DNA from: Armatimonadota bacterium
Lineage (GTDB): Bacteria; Armatimonadota; SYMT01
Assembly (NCBI GenBank): GCA_041690135.1
Contig: JAWLHY010000002.1
Span: 656,342-720,341 of the forward strand
DNA: 64,000 bases
Direction of reading: 5' to 3'
The notes beneath the pieces are model-generated. The model was not told where the DNA came from. It did not search any database and saw only the letters and a program-made list of their open reading frames with translations. The position numbers and the translations under genes are program-made. Below are positions 11,930-23,855 of the stretch, in pieces (within the stretch, counting starts at the first letter, position 1; every line of letters begins with the position of its first letter).

Positions 11930-12095
11930 TCAGCCTTCCAGCCTTCAACCGTCCAACCCAGAAGCCAGTTCTGCCAACCTGCACCTTCTTTGTGCCTTCC
12001 GTTTTCCAACCTTCAACCTGCAAACCTCCAACCGCTGGCCCCCCAACCCCCAAGCCCCAACCTTCCACCTTCCACCTTCAACCTTCAAACCCAAA
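11930..12095. repeat. Degenerate heptamer tandem repeat (CCTTCAA/CCTTCCA/CCCCCAA)
   Basis: For example CCCCCAA GCCCCAA CCTTCCA CCTTCCA CCTTCAA CCTTCAA at 12047-12088. Confidence 0.8.
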
Positions 12096-12134
12096 GGCAC
12101 CCTCCGCCAAACCGCACCCCCTCTCAAATAACCG

Positions 12135-12163
12135 TTGACACGCACGCCTCACCCTGCTACGAT
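12135..12163 (+). promoter_or_regulatory. Sigma70-type promoter for tuf-S10-spc
   Basis: TTGACA (12135-12140), 17 nt spacer, TGc-TACGAT extended -10 (12158-12163). Confidence 0.8.
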
Positions 12164-12166
12164 ACG

Positions 12167-12713
12167 CAGGTTCGCGACCTGACCCCACGGGGAAAACGGT
12201 CCGAACGAACGCAATTGAGTTTGCGTACGTCGCGGTTGTAACTTCCACGGCCCCTGGCCGCGATCCGGAGAAATACCGGACCTTAGGCGGCGAGCACTGT
12301 GTCTGCCGGGCGACGACGGTAGACCGCCAGTGGAATGCGGAGAGTTCCCATGAATTCTCCACCGTTGCAGGTCTCCCTCTGGGAGAGGACTGCGAAAGCG
12401 GATTTTCGGCGGAGACGCGTGGCGGCCTCCGTGCGGGCGAGAGCGCGCATGGCCACGTTTCGTGTCACGCCATCCCGGGTGGCGCCACCACCCGAGCCCG
12501 CAGGGCTCCAAGCCGCGGGTGCACGAGCGAAGTGCGCCCGCCCGGTAGAGGAGTACGTCGCCTGCGGTTGTACTGAGTGGCGGGTCGAGATCTTGCAGGC
12601 CTCCCGCAGCGGGTGGCTGCGGCTGCAGGATGTGCGTGACGCACGGGCCGGGCCATGGCCTGGCGAGCGCCGCCGATGAGGCGGAAACGGATCCAATACG
12701 AACGGGAGCTACT
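12167..12713 (+). ncRNA. Putative long structured 5' leader / ncRNA upstream of tuf
   Basis: More than 12 hairpins plus long-range pairings between the promoter and the tuf start; no convincing ORF. Confidence 0.5.
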
Positions 12714-13898
<1,185 letters not shown>

Positions 13899-13909
13899 GA
13901 TAACGGCGC

Positions 13910-13950
13910 GAAGGGAGGGCAGCCCCCCAGGGGTTGCCCTCCCTTCCCTT
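13910..13950 (+). terminator. Stable hairpin between tuf and rpsJ (terminator/attenuator or REP-like)
   Basis: GAAGGGAGGGCAGCCCC-cca-GGGGTTGCCCTCCCTTC followed by a short T run. Confidence 0.5.
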
Positions 13951-13965
13951 TGCCCGAGGGAAACT

Positions 13966-14274
13966 ATGCGACGACAGAAGGTTCGCATCCGGCTCAAGGC
14001 GTTCGATCACCAGATCATCGACCAGTCCGCCGGCAAAATCGTTGAAACGGCCCGCCGCACCGGCGCCCGGATCTCCGGACCCGTGCCGCTGCCCACAGAG
14101 AAGAACATCTTCTGCGTGAACCGCGGCCCGACCATCGACAAAGAATCGATGGAGCACTTTGAGATGCGCACGCACAAGCGGCTGATCGACATCCTGGACC
14201 CGGGTCCCAAGACGATCGACGCCTTGATGCGCCTCGACCTGCCGAGCGGGGTCGATATCGAAATCAAGCTGTAA
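13966..14274 (+). CDS. rpsJ: 30S ribosomal protein S10
   Basis: [28 protein letters not shown]. Confidence 0.99.
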   Translation: MRRQKVRIRLKAFDHQIIDQSAGKIVETARRTGARISGPVPLPTEKNIFCVNRGPTIDKESMEHFEMRTHKRLIDILDPGPKTIDALMRLDLPSGVDIEIKL

Positions 14275-14377
14275 GGGGACGCCGGGCGCCCCTGGGACAG
14301 CCGTTCCGGAGCGGTGGCAGTAGCTCGCGACTGCGGAGTGCCGCCCGGAAGGGCTGAGGACAGAGATAGAAGCAGCA

Positions 14378-15028
14378 ATGGTCAAGTCAATCCTGGGCAG
14401 GAAAGTAGGGATGACGCAGATCTTCGACGAGAAGGGACGCGTAGTCCCGGTCACGGTCGTTGAAGCGGGCCCCTGCATCGTCACCCAGAAGAAGACGATC
14501 GAGACCGACGGGTACGAGGCCATCCAGGTCGGCTATGGCGAGGCTAAGCCGTACGCCAAGGGCGCGAAGGGGCGCGGGCGGGCACGCCTGAACAAGCCGG
14601 AGCAGGGCCACCTGGAGAAGAACAGCCTGCCCGCGCGGCGGCACCTGCGGGAGATCCGCATGCCGGGCGTGGAGAACGTGAACGTCGGAGACGAGATCAA
14701 GGTCGACGTCTTCTCGGTCGGGGATCTGGTGGACGTGACCGGTACGTCCAAAGGAAAAGGTTTTGCGGGCGTCGTCAAGCGCTACCACTGGCACGGTGCC
14801 GACATGACGCACGGCTCCATGGTCCATCGTAAGCCGCAGTCGGCGGGTGCGACGGACGCCGCGCGCATCTTCAAGAACGTCGGTCGGCCCGGTCACATGG
14901 GGCACGAGCGGGTTACGGTCAAGCGTCTGCAGGTCGTCCGCGTGGACGGCGAGCGGGGCGTGATCCTGATCCGGGGCTCCGTGCCCGGCCCGAACGGCAC
15001 CCTCTTGACGATTAGGGAGGCCAAGTAA
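14378..15028 (+). CDS. rplC: 50S ribosomal protein L3
   Basis: [25 protein letters not shown]. Confidence 0.99.
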   Translation: MVKSILGRKVGMTQIFDEKGRVVPVTVVEAGPCIVTQKKTIETDGYEAIQVGYGEAKPYAKGAKGRGRARLNKPEQGHLEKNSLPARRHLREIRMPGVENVNVGDEIKVDVFSVGDLVDVTGTSKGKGFAGVVKRYHWHGADMTHGSMVHRKPQSAGATDAARIFKNVGRPGHMGHERVTVKRLQVVRVDGERGVILIRGSVPGPNGTLLTIREAK

Positions 15029-15029
15029 G

Positions 15030-15656
15030 ATGCCATCGGCACCACTCTACAGCGCGGCTGGTGAGCGCGTCGGCGAGCTGGAACTGGCGGAGACGATCTT
15101 CGGGCAGGCCGTCCGGGTCGACCTGGTGCACCAGGCCGTGGAACGGGAACTGTCGAACCGCCGCCAGGGCACGCACGATACGAAGAGCCGCCGCGAAGTT
15201 CGCGGCGGTGGTAGGAAGCCCTACCGCCAGAAGGGCACCGGTCGTGCCCGGCAGGGGAGCATTCGTGCCCCGCACTACCGCCACGGCGGCATCGTGCACG
15301 GGCCCACCCCGCGCGATCACGACAAGGATATGCCCCGCAAGATGCGGCGAGCGGCGTTCCGCAGCGCCCTTTCGGCCAAGGCGGCCGACGGCGGTATTCG
15401 CATTCTGGAAGGTCTGGAAGTTGCCGAGATCAGCACGAAGCAGTTCGCGCAGTGGCTCGGCCGGCTGGAACCGGGAGCGAAAGTCGTACTCGTCCTGTCC
15501 GAACGGAACGAGAACGCTGCGCTGTCGGCGCGCAACCTGCCGAACGTGAAGGTGATTGTTCTTCCCGGTCTTTCGACCTACGAAGTGGTGAAGAACGAGA
15601 CCCTGATCCTGACGCGGGATGCCGTCACGAAGATCGAGGAGCTCTACACGGCATGA
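15030..15656 (+). CDS. rplD: 50S ribosomal protein L4
   Basis: KPYRQKGTGRARQGSIRAP. Confidence 0.99.
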   Translation: MPSAPLYSAAGERVGELELAETIFGQAVRVDLVHQAVERELSNRRQGTHDTKSRREVRGGGRKPYRQKGTGRARQGSIRAPHYRHGGIVHGPTPRDHDKDMPRKMRRAAFRSALSAKAADGGIRILEGLEVAEISTKQFAQWLGRLEPGAKVVLVLSERNENAALSARNLPNVKVIVLPGLSTYEVVKNETLILTRDAVTKIEELYTA

Positions 15657-15955
15657 AAGACGCTACAGAAGTCATCGTTCGGCCGCTCCTTACGGAGAAG
15701 AGCACCCTCCTGCAGCGGCTGAACAAGTACACCTTCGAAGTGGCGAAAGACGCGACGAAGATCGAGATCCAGAAGGCCATCGAGCAACTGGGTCGCTGCG
15801 AGGTGGACAAGGTCAATACCCTGGTCGTGAAGGGGAAGGTCCGCCGCCGCGGTAACCGGGTCGGTCGCACCGCCGACTGGAAGAAGGCGGTCGTCACCCT
15901 GAAAGACGGGGAGTCCCTGGGCGGAGTCCTGGGGCAGGCTTACGAGAACCTCTAG
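15653..15955 (+). CDS. rplW: 50S ribosomal protein L23
   Basis: [20 protein letters not shown]; ATGA overlap with rplD. Confidence 0.98.
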   Translation: MKDATEVIVRPLLTEKSTLLQRLNKYTFEVAKDATKIEIQKAIEQLGRCEVDKVNTLVVKGKVRRRGNRVGRTADWKKAVVTLKDGESLGGVLGQAYENL

Positions 15956-15957
15956 CC

Positions 15958-16788
15958 ATGGCTATTGAGAAATACAAACCGACTTCGGCCGGTCGTCGCT
16001 TCGGCTCGGTCTCCTCTTTCAAGGAGATCACCAAGGACGAGCCCGAGAAGTCCCTGCTCCGGCCGATCAAGAAGACCGGCGGCCGCAATCACCGCGGCGT
16101 GGTGACCTCGCGTCACCGCGGCGGTGGCAACAAGCGGCAGTACCGGGTGATCGACTTCAAGCGGGACAAGGAAGGCGTACCCGGCAAGGTCGCGTCGATC
16201 GAGTACGATCCCAACCGGTCCGCGCGCATCGCCCTGGTGGTTTACCGGGACGGCGAGAAGCGCTACATCCTCGCCCCGCAAGGGCTGCAGGTGGGCCAGG
16301 AGATCGTCTCCGCGGAAGCGGCGGACATCCGCGTGGGCAACGCGATGAAGCTCCGCAACATTCCCGTGGGCACGCAGATCCACGCCATCGAGCTCCAGCC
16401 GAACCGCGGCGCCCAGATGGTGCGCAGCGCCGGCACCGGCGCGCAGTTGATGGCGAAGGAAGGCAAGTACGCCCAGGTGCGCCTCCCTAGCGGGGAGACG
16501 CGCATGGTGCTGCTGGAGTGCCGCGCCACCATCGGTGTCGTCGGCAACAACGACCACGAGAACATTTCGCTCGGTAAGGCCGGACGAAAGCGTTACCTCG
16601 GGCAGCGGCCGCACGTCCGCGGTGTGACGATGAACCCGCGCGACCATCCCCACGGGGGTGGCGAGGGTAAAGCGCCCGTGGGTCGCAGCGGTCCCGTCAC
16701 TCCCTGGGGCAAGCCGGCTCTGGGCTACAAGACGCGGCGTAACAAGGCGACGGATAAGTTCATCGTCAAGCGGCGCGGCCAGCGGTAA
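15958..16788 (+). CDS. rplB: 50S ribosomal protein L2
   Basis: [21 protein letters not shown]. Confidence 0.99.
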   Translation: MAIEKYKPTSAGRRFGSVSSFKEITKDEPEKSLLRPIKKTGGRNHRGVVTSRHRGGGNKRQYRVIDFKRDKEGVPGKVASIEYDPNRSARIALVVYRDGEKRYILAPQGLQVGQEIVSAEAADIRVGNAMKLRNIPVGTQIHAIELQPNRGAQMVRSAGTGAQLMAKEGKYAQVRLPSGETRMVLLECRATIGVVGNNDHENISLGKAGRKRYLGQRPHVRGVTMNPRDHPHGGGEGKAPVGRSGPVTPWGKPALGYKTRRNKATDKFIVKRRGQR

Positions 16789-16807
16789 CGCGTAGAGGGA
16801 TCAAGAG

Positions 16808-17095
16808 ATGGGCAGGTCACTGAAAAAGGGTCCCTATGCGGACCCCAAGCTGCTGGCGAAGATCGACGAGATGAACGACCGGGGCGAGAAGCGCATCATC
16901 AAGACGTGGTCTCGCCGGTCGACCATCTTCCCGAGCTTCATCGGCCATACGATCGCGGTGCACAACGGTAAAACCCACGTGCCCGTATTCGTCACGGAAA
17001 ACATGGTGGGCCACAAGCTCGGCGAGTTCGCCCTCACCCGCACCTACAAGGGTCACGCGGGCGGGCCTCGCGAGCGCTCCAGCGGGCTCCGGTAG
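16808..17095 (+). CDS. rpsS: 30S ribosomal protein S19
   Basis: RSLKKGP, KTWSRRS, GHKLGEF. Confidence 0.99.
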   Translation: MGRSLKKGPYADPKLLAKIDEMNDRGEKRIIKTWSRRSTIFPSFIGHTIAVHNGKTHVPVFVTENMVGHKLGEFALTRTYKGHAGGPRERSSGLR

Positions 17096-17121
17096 TCAAC
17101 GGTTAAGAGAGGCTAACGAAG

Positions 17122-17727
17122 ATGCCTGAGTATCTGGGAGGCCCCGGGCTCCGAAAGATCGTGCGCGCCGGCACGGATAAGGCGGCGTTCAAGCGCGTTT
17201 CGGTGCAGGCGGCGGGACAGGTGGCCGTGGTAACGGTTCACACGGTCAAGCCGGACGCACTGGAGCAGCGCCGCAACGCGGACCTCGTGCCCGGTTTGGA
17301 AAAGGCGCTCAAGAAGAGCGTCACGGTGCAGGTTCAGCCGGAAGCACAGGCCGTGCACAAGTTCGTGCGGGTATCGCCGACGAAGGCCCGGCGCATCATG
17401 GACGAGGTACGCGGAAAGTACGTGGACGAGGCGCTGGCGATTCTCCAGTTCCTTCCGAACCGTGCTGCTCGCTACGTCGCCAAGCTGATCCGCTCCGCGG
17501 CGGCCAACGCCTACGAGGGGTGGGGCGCCGACCCGGCCGAACTGAAGGTTGCCCTGCTGACGGCCGACCCCGGCCCGACGTGGAAGCGCATCCAGCCCCG
17601 CGCGATGGGACGGGCCTATCGAATTCTAAAGCGAACGGCTCACCTCACCGTGGCGGTGCAGGCTGCCGAGCCGCGCGCGACGAAGGGCGGTCGGCGGCGC
17701 GGTCGATCCGCGGTGACGCGGGCTTAG
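17122..17727 (+). CDS. rplV: 50S ribosomal protein L22 with N-terminal S3-KH-like domain
   Basis: L22 core from about residue 74 ([16 protein letters not shown]...[19 protein letters not shown]), preceded by a ~73-aa extra domain. Confidence 0.95.
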   Translation: MPEYLGGPGLRKIVRAGTDKAAFKRVSVQAAGQVAVVTVHTVKPDALEQRRNADLVPGLEKALKKSVTVQVQPEAQAVHKFVRVSPTKARRIMDEVRGKYVDEALAILQFLPNRAARYVAKLIRSAAANAYEGWGADPAELKVALLTADPGPTWKRIQPRAMGRAYRILKRTAHLTVAVQAAEPRATKGGRRRGRSAVTRA

Positions 17728-17743
17728 GCCGGCGGAGAAGACT

Positions 17744-18628
17744 ATGGGACAGAAAGTACATCCAATCGGATTCCGGATTGGGATCATCCGCGACTGGGAG
17801 AGCAACTGGTATGCCGACAAAGGCTACAGTGATCGCCTGTACGAGGATTACCAGATCCGGCGGTACCTGCGGAAGCGGCTCGCCAACGCCGCTATCTCGC
17901 GGGTGACGATCGATCGCCAGGCCGACAAGCTCCGCGTGGTCCTGCATACCGGCAAACCGGGCGTGATCATCGGTCGCGGCGGCCGCGGCGTCGACGAAGT
18001 CAAGGCGGATCTCGAGAAGAAGTTCGGCAAGCAGGTGAACCTGGTCGTCCAGGAGATCCGCCAGCCCGATCTCGACGCCCAGCTCGTCGCCGAGGCGATC
18101 GCTCAGCAGATCGAGAAGCGCGTTGCTCCCAAGCGCGCCATCCGGCAGGCGATCCAGCGCAGTGTGCGCATGGGCGCCAAGGGAATCAAGGTTCTCGTCT
18201 CCGGCCGCCTCGGCGGGGCTGAAATGGCGCGCAAGGAAGGGGACAAGACCGGAAAGATTCCGCTCCACACGCTGCGGGCGGACATCGACTACGGCTTTGC
18301 GGAAGCTCCCACCACCTATGGCAACATCGGGGTGAAGGTGTGGGTCTACCGCGGGGAGATCCTTCCGGATCAGCGCCGCCAGCAGAAGGAGCAGATGGCG
18401 CCCGAGCCGTTCATGCCGCGTCAGCCGCGCCGAGCGGAAGATCGCGATCGCGAGCGCGCCGGCGGTGGCCGCGGTGGTGATCGCGGGGACCGTGGTGGCG
18501 ACCGCGGTGGTCGTGGTCGTGGACCCGGCGGCGGTGGTGGTCGTGGACCTGGCGGTGGCGGTCGCGGTCCGGGGGGCGGCGGTGGTCGCGGACCTGCCGG
18601 TGGTGGTCGCGGACCCGGCAGACAGTAA
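17744..18628 (+). CDS. rpsC: 30S ribosomal protein S3 with Gly/Arg-rich tail
   Basis: [32 protein letters not shown]. Confidence 0.99.
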   Translation: MGQKVHPIGFRIGIIRDWESNWYADKGYSDRLYEDYQIRRYLRKRLANAAISRVTIDRQADKLRVVLHTGKPGVIIGRGGRGVDEVKADLEKKFGKQVNLVVQEIRQPDLDAQLVAEAIAQQIEKRVAPKRAIRQAIQRSVRMGAKGIKVLVSGRLGGAEMARKEGDKTGKIPLHTLRADIDYGFAEAPTTYGNIGVKVWVYRGEILPDQRRQQKEQMAPEPFMPRQPRRAEDRDRERAGGGRGGDRGDRGGDRGGRGRGPGGGGGRGPGGGGRGPGGGGGRGPAGGGRGPGRQ

Positions 18629-18643
18629 ACGAGGGAACTACAG

Positions 18644-19132
18644 ATGTTAGCTCCGAAGCGAGTGAAGCACCGCAAGGTGCACCGGGGTTCGCTGGCCGGA
18701 CGCGCCAGTGGCAACACCGAAATCAACTTTGGGGAATATGCCCTGAAGGCGATGGGTCGGTGCTGGCTCACCAACAAGCAGATCGAAGCCGCTCGTATCG
18801 CCATGACGCGCCACATCCGGCGCGGCGGTAAGATCTGGATCCGCGTCTTCCCGGACAAGTCCTACACCAAGAAGCCGGCGGAAACCCGCATGGGCTCTGG
18901 CAAAGGCGCGCCGGAAGGCTGGGTCGCGGTGGTGAAGCCGGGCCGCATCCTCTTCGAGATGTCGGGAGTCGCGGAGCCGCTGGCGCGGGAAGCCATGCGC
19001 CGCGCGGCGCACAAGCTTCCGATCGAGACGAAGTTCATCGTGAAGGGTCGCGAGGAGGCGCTTCCTGCGCCGGTTGAAGCGGAGACGGACGTCGCCGCGG
19101 CAGCCGAGTCGACCGAGGCGGGTGAGGAATGA
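18644..19132 (+). CDS. rplP: 50S ribosomal protein L16
   Basis: [15 protein letters not shown]; acidic C-terminal extension. Confidence 0.99.
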   Translation: MLAPKRVKHRKVHRGSLAGRASGNTEINFGEYALKAMGRCWLTNKQIEAARIAMTRHIRRGGKIWIRVFPDKSYTKKPAETRMGSGKGAPEGWVAVVKPGRILFEMSGVAEPLAREAMRRAAHKLPIETKFIVKGREEALPAPVEAETDVAAAAESTEAGEE

Positions 19133-19344
19133 AGAAGACGGAAGAAAACGAGCAGCTTCAATCCCTCGGCCTGGTTGAGCTGCAGCAGGAGCTGAGGCAG
19201 GCGCGTCAGGAGTTGTTCCAGAACCGCGTGCGCTACGCCACGCGAAACCTGGACAACCCGGAGCCGCTCCGCAAGGGTAAGAAGCGGATCGCGCGCATCC
19301 TCACGTATATCCGCCAGCGCGAGCTGGAAGAGTTGCAGGGATAA
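19129..19344 (+). CDS. rpmC: 50S ribosomal protein L29
   Basis: [17 protein letters not shown]; position in operon. Confidence 0.95.
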   Translation: MKKTEENEQLQSLGLVELQQELRQARQELFQNRVRYATRNLDNPEPLRKGKKRIARILTYIRQRELEELQG

Positions 19345-19360
19345 GGCTGCGGTAACGCTT

Positions 19361-19645
19361 ATGTCGGAATTGGAAGCAGCGAGCACGAGCAGTGAGCGCG
19401 GACGACGCAAAGTCCGCCAGGGCCGGGTGGTCAGCGACAAGATGGACAAGACCGTCGTCGTGGCGGTGGAGTCGCGCATGAAACACCCGCTCTACGGGCG
19501 CATTGTGCGCCGTACCAAGAAATACAAGGCGCACGACGAGCAGAACGACTTCCACGTGGGCGATCTGGTGGAAATCACCGAATGCCGTCCCCTCAGCCGG
19601 GACAAGACGTGGCGCGTAAGCCGGCTCATCGAACGAGCGAAATAA
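19361..19645 (+). CDS. rpsQ: 30S ribosomal protein S17
   Basis: [22 protein letters not shown]. Confidence 0.99.
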   Translation: MSELEAASTSSERGRRKVRQGRVVSDKMDKTVVVAVESRMKHPLYGRIVRRTKKYKAHDEQNDFHVGDLVEITECRPLSRDKTWRVSRLIERAK

Positions 19646-19761
19646 TCCCGCTGTTTCCGGCGGCGTTCGCTTGCCGGGCGGAAACCCTCCGGGGGATTCC
19701 GCCGGCCTGCGCGCGCGTAAGGAAACAAACGGGCTAGACGAATTCTGGAAGAGGTCAGGTT

Positions 19762-20127
19762 ATGGTCAGACCCTATACCAGGCTGCGGGTCGCGGATAAC
19801 TCCGGCGCGCGCGAACTCCTGTGCATCCGGGTGCTGAAGGGCAACAGCCACACGGCCGAAGTCGGCGATGTGATCATCGCCGCGGTCAAGGTGGCTACCC
19901 CCGGCGCGCAGGTGAAGAAAGGCGACGTCGTCCGGGCCGTGGTCGTTCGCACGCACTTTCCGATCCGGCGGCAGGACGGTTCGGTGCTGCGGTTCGACGA
20001 TAATGCAGCCGTCGTGATTCAGCCGAGCGGGGATCCCCGCGGCACTCGCATCTTTGGCCCCGTGGCCCGCGAGTTGCGCGACAAACAGTTTATGAGGATT
20101 ATCTCCCTCGCACCGGAGGTGCTGTGA
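19762..20127 (+). CDS. rplN: 50S ribosomal protein L14
   Basis: [34 protein letters not shown]. Confidence 0.99.
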   Translation: MVRPYTRLRVADNSGARELLCIRVLKGNSHTAEVGDVIIAAVKVATPGAQVKKGDVVRAVVVRTHFPIRRQDGSVLRFDDNAAVVIQPSGDPRGTRIFGPVARELRDKQFMRIISLAPEVL

Positions 20128-20128
20128 G

Positions 20129-20500
20129 ATGGCACGGACGCAAAAGAGGCACGAAGCGGGCCAGTTCAAGGCCCACGTCCGCAAAGGGGATGAGGTCGTC
20201 GTGATCGCCGGCCGCAGCCTCGGGCAGCGCGGCCGCGTGATCAGTGTCGACCCCCAGCGCGAGCGGGCCGTGGTGGAAGGCGTGAACCTGGTGGTGAAGC
20301 ACCAGCGCCCCCAGGGCCAGCAGGGTGCCGCCCGGCAGCAGGGCGGTCGGGTGGAGAAGCCGGCCCCCATCCATGTGAGCAACCTCATGGTGGTGGATCC
20401 GGAGACGAACCAGCCCACGCGCGTGGCGCACAAGCTGGTGGATGGCAAGTGGGTCCGGGTGGCGAAGCGCTCCGGCGCGGCGCTGGATCGCACTGAGTAA
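20129..20500 (+). CDS. rplX: 50S ribosomal protein L24
   Basis: [13 protein letters not shown] motif, APIHVSN. Confidence 0.98.
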   Translation: MARTQKRHEAGQFKAHVRKGDEVVVIAGRSLGQRGRVISVDPQRERAVVEGVNLVVKHQRPQGQQGAARQQGGRVEKPAPIHVSNLMVVDPETNQPTRVAHKLVDGKWVRVAKRSGAALDRTE

Positions 20501-20517
20501 GGACGGAGTTTCCGAAG

Positions 20518-21072
20518 ATGCCACGCTTGAAAGATCGGTACCGGGGCGAAGTTGTTCCGGCGCTGATGAAAGAATTCTCGTATAAGAACGTCATGCAGGT
20601 GCCCCACCTCGACAAGGTGGTCATCAGCATGGGGGTTGGCACCGCCGTTCAGGATCCCAAGACGCTCGACGCGGCCGTGCGAGACATGACCGCCATCTCC
20701 GGCCAGAAGCCGGTGGTGACGCGGGCGAAGCGCTCCATTGCCGCGTTCAAGATCCGCGAAGGAATGCGGATCGGCTGCAAGGTGACCCTACGCGGTGACC
20801 GGATGTGGTACTTCCTGGACAAACTGTTCAACGTTGTGATGCCCCGTATCCGCGACTTCGGCGGGATCAATCCCGATTCGTTCGACGGACACGGCAATTT
20901 CGCAATGGGCCTGAAAGAGCAGTTGGTGTTCCCGGAGATCGAGTACGATTCGATCGACCGCATCCGGGGGATGGACATCATCATCGGCACCACGGCGAAG
21001 ACCGATCAGGAAGCACGCGCTCTGCTGCGGGCCCTGGGTCTACCGTTCCGGTCGGAGGCGCAGCGCCGTTAA
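20518..21072 (+). CDS. rplE: 50S ribosomal protein L5
   Basis: [23 protein letters not shown]. Confidence 0.99.
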   Translation: MPRLKDRYRGEVVPALMKEFSYKNVMQVPHLDKVVISMGVGTAVQDPKTLDAAVRDMTAISGQKPVVTRAKRSIAAFKIREGMRIGCKVTLRGDRMWYFLDKLFNVVMPRIRDFGGINPDSFDGHGNFAMGLKEQLVFPEIEYDSIDRIRGMDIIIGTTAKTDQEARALLRALGLPFRSEAQRR

Positions 21073-21163
21073 GGCGTTTGCGCTTCCCTCGGGGCGGGAG
21101 CCCGACCCGAGAGACGTTCCCGATCGCTCCTAGCACCAATGACGTTGTAATGGAGGCGAAACT

Positions 21164-23197
21164 TTGAAGCGGTACAGCGGCGAGGCGTTGAGAAACGTGG
21201 CCCTGGCGGGTCACCAAGGGTCGGGTAAGACTACCCTGGCCGAGGCGATGCTGTACGTGACCGGGGCGATTGACCGCCTCGGCCGCGTCGAAGACGGCAC
21301 CGCGAAAACGGATTTCGATCCGGATGAAGTGCGGCGGCAGATCAGCATCAACCTGGCGCTTGCTCCCGTCGAGTGGAGCGGGCACAAGATCAACGTCATT
21401 GATACGCCGGGTTATCTGGACTTCGTCGGAGAGGTCGGGAGCGGGATGCGGGTGGCCGACGCCGCCGTACTGGTGGTGCCGGCGCCCTCCGGGGTGGAAG
21501 TGGGGGCGGAAGCGGCCTGGGAAATCGCGGGTGACCAGAAGCTTCCCCGGTTCATTTTCGTCAACAAGATGGACCGGGAGAATGCCGACTACGCGCGCGT
21601 GATGGAGTCGATCCGGGAACGCTTCGGCAACCGCTGTGTGCCGGTGCAAGTCCCCATCGGGCAGGAAGGCACCTTTTCCGGAGTGGTGGACGTGCTTCGG
21701 CAGGTCGCCTACACCGGACATGGGCGCGAATTGGTGCGGGGAGAAGTGCCCGATTCCTGCCGCGCGCTGGTGGACGAGTGCCGCGAGGCGCTGATGGAGA
21801 GCGCAGCCGAGGCCGACGACGAGTTGCTGGAAAAGTATCTCGGGGGCGAAGCCCTGTCGGACGAGGAGCTGTCGCGCGGCCTGGTGGCCGCCGTGAAGAA
21901 CGGCGGCGCCGTGCCCGTTCTTTTTGGCAGTGCCGGCGCGCTGATTGGCGTCCAGGCACTAATGGATGTGCTCATCGAAATGGCGCCGTCCCCTGCGGAA
22001 AAGGGAGCGGACGAGAGCGCGCCGTTGGAAGCGCTGGTGTTCAAGACGCTGAGTGATCCCTACGTGGGCAAGCTCACCTACTATCGGGTGTACTCCGGCG
22101 TTCTGAAGAGCGGAAGCGATGTCCATAACGCGACGCGGCAGCACGATGAGCGCATGGGACAGATTTTCGTGCTGCGCGGCAAGCAGCAGGAGATGGTTGG
22201 AGAGATACCGGCGGGTGACATTGGGGCGGTGGCGAAACTCGGGGTCACGGCGACGGGCGACACGCTCTGCGACCGGGGCCGCCATGATACGCTACCTGCC
22301 ATCGAGTTCCCGCAGCCGTCGTACAGCCGCGCCATCGTGGCGCAGAGCAAGGCGGATGAAGACAAGATGGGACCGGCGCTGACCCGGTTGGCGGAAGAGG
22401 ACCCCACGTTCCACTTCCATCGCGATCCGGAGACCGGCCAAACCGTGATCTCGGGCCAGGGGGACACCCACCTGGCGGTGGTCATCGAGCGCCTGAAGCG
22501 ATTCGGGGCGAATGTGCACGACGAGGAAGTGCGCATTCCTTACCGGGAGACGATTCAGGGAGTGGCGCGGGTTCAGGGCCGGCACAAAAAACAGACGGGG
22601 GGCCGCGGGCAGTTCGGCGATTGCTGGGTGAAGTTCGAGCCGCTCCCTCGGGGCGAGGGATACCGGTTCGTCGACGCCATCGTCGGCGGGGCGATTCCCC
22701 GGCAATACATCCCCGCAGTAGATAAGGGGCTGCAAGAAGCCATGGAACATGGTATTCTTGCCGGGTTCCGTGTGGTGGACGTCAAGGCGACGTGCGACGA
22801 CGGGTCCTTCCACGACGTCGATTCGTCCGAAATGGCCTTCAGGCAAGCGGCGCACCTGGCGTTCCGCGCAGGCATGGAGAAGGCCCGGCCCGTGCTCCTG
22901 GAGCCGGTGATGAACCTCGAAGTCACCGTGCCGGAGGAGAACATGGGCGACATCATCAGCGATCTGAACACGAAGCGGGGCCGCATCAGCGGCATGGAGC
23001 CGGTCGGCGATGGGAAGCAACTCATCCGCGCGACGGCGCCCATGTCCGAGCTTCAGCAGTATGCGATCGACCTCCGGTCGATCGCGCGCGGTCGAGGCCG
23101 GTTCCGGACCGAGTTCAGTCATTATGAGGAAGTGCCTGCGCACGTGGCGCAGCAGGTGATCGAGAACGTTAAGAGGGAACGCGAAGAGCATGGCTAA
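21164..23197 (+). CDS. fusA2: Elongation factor G paralog (EF-G II type)
   Basis: Full five-domain EF-G with [41 protein letters not shown]; TTG start with GGAGG RBS. Confidence 0.95.
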   Translation: MKRYSGEALRNVALAGHQGSGKTTLAEAMLYVTGAIDRLGRVEDGTAKTDFDPDEVRRQISINLALAPVEWSGHKINVIDTPGYLDFVGEVGSGMRVADAAVLVVPAPSGVEVGAEAAWEIAGDQKLPRFIFVNKMDRENADYARVMESIRERFGNRCVPVQVPIGQEGTFSGVVDVLRQVAYTGHGRELVRGEVPDSCRALVDECREALMESAAEADDELLEKYLGGEALSDEELSRGLVAAVKNGGAVPVLFGSAGALIGVQALMDVLIEMAPSPAEKGADESAPLEALVFKTLSDPYVGKLTYYRVYSGVLKSGSDVHNATRQHDERMGQIFVLRGKQQEMVGEIPAGDIGAVAKLGVTATGDTLCDRGRHDTLPAIEFPQPSYSRAIVAQSKADEDKMGPALTRLAEEDPTFHFHRDPETGQTVISGQGDTHLAVVIERLKRFGANVHDEEVRIPYRETIQGVARVQGRHKKQTGGRGQFGDCWVKFEPLPRGEGYRFVDAIVGGAIPRQYIPAVDKGLQEAMEHGILAGFRVVDVKATCDDGSFHDVDSSEMAFRQAAHLAFRAGMEKARPVLLEPVMNLEVTVPEENMGDIISDLNTKRGRISGMEPVGDGKQLIRATAPMSELQQYAIDLRSIARGRGRFRTEFSHYEEVPAHVAQQVIENVKREREEHG

Positions 23198-23375
23198 GCA
23201 GGCTTTGATTGAGAAGGCCAAGCGACCGCAGAAGTTCAAGGTGCGCCAGTACAATCGGTGCAACGTTTGCGGGCGCTCGCGGGGTTATTTCCGCAAGTTC
23301 GGTCTTTGTCGTATTTGTCTCCGTGAGATGGCGCTGCGGGGTCTCGTACCCGGCGTGACCAAATCGAGTTGGTAA
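23190..23375 (+). CDS. rpsN: 30S ribosomal protein S14 type Z (zinc-binding)
   Basis: 61 aa; RCNVCGR...LCRICLR. Confidence 0.98.
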   Translation: MAKQALIEKAKRPQKFKVRQYNRCNVCGRSRGYFRKFGLCRICLREMALRGLVPGVTKSSW

Positions 23376-23385
23376 GGGATCGACG

Positions 23386-23781
23386 ATGGTAACAGATCCG
23401 GTAGCAGACTTGTTGACCCGCATCCGCAATGCTTCGCGGGCGGGCCACGAGCAGGTAGAGATCCCCGGCTCGCGCCTCAAGCTGGGGGTTGTCAAGATTC
23501 TGGCGCAAGAAAAGTACATCCGCGGCTATCAGTTCATTCAGGATGGCAAGCAGGGCGTGATCCGCGTCTTCCTGAAATACGGCGCCAAGCGCGAGCCGGT
23601 GCTGAACCAGCTCGAGCGCGTGAGCAAGCCGGGCTTGCGGGTTTACGCCCCGGCCACTAAAATACCGCGGGTTTTGAACGGCATGGGGATCGCGATCCTG
23701 AGCACCAGCAAGGGGCTCCTGGTCGATCGCGACGCGCGACGCCAGCAGGTCGGCGGAGAAGTCCTCGCCTACGTCTGGTAG
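23386..23781 (+). CDS. rpsH: 30S ribosomal protein S8
   Basis: [25 protein letters not shown]. Confidence 0.99.
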   Translation: MVTDPVADLLTRIRNASRAGHEQVEIPGSRLKLGVVKILAQEKYIRGYQFIQDGKQGVIRVFLKYGAKREPVLNQLERVSKPGLRVYAPATKIPRVLNGMGIAILSTSKGLLVDRDARRQQVGGEVLAYVW

Positions 23782-23855
23782 TTTCGCAGTTCCGTGAGCT
23801 GGTCGGCGCGTTATCCGCGGGGACCAGCTCACGAGCCCGAATGTGGAGTTGATAG

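Noticed and set aside
11614-12241. Pro/Gln/Ser-rich ORFs
   Set aside because: They are translations of the heptamer repeat tract.
12335-12679. 114-aa ORF in the tuf leader, and the extended tuf start at 12630
   Set aside because: No recognisable domain or codon bias; the EF-Tu N-terminus and RBS fit ATG 12714.
12167-12713. tRNA cluster, RNase P, tmRNA or intron upstream of tuf
   Set aside because: No T-loop/CCA cloverleaf, no GAGGAAAGTCC and no group II domain V. Kept only as an unknown structured leader.
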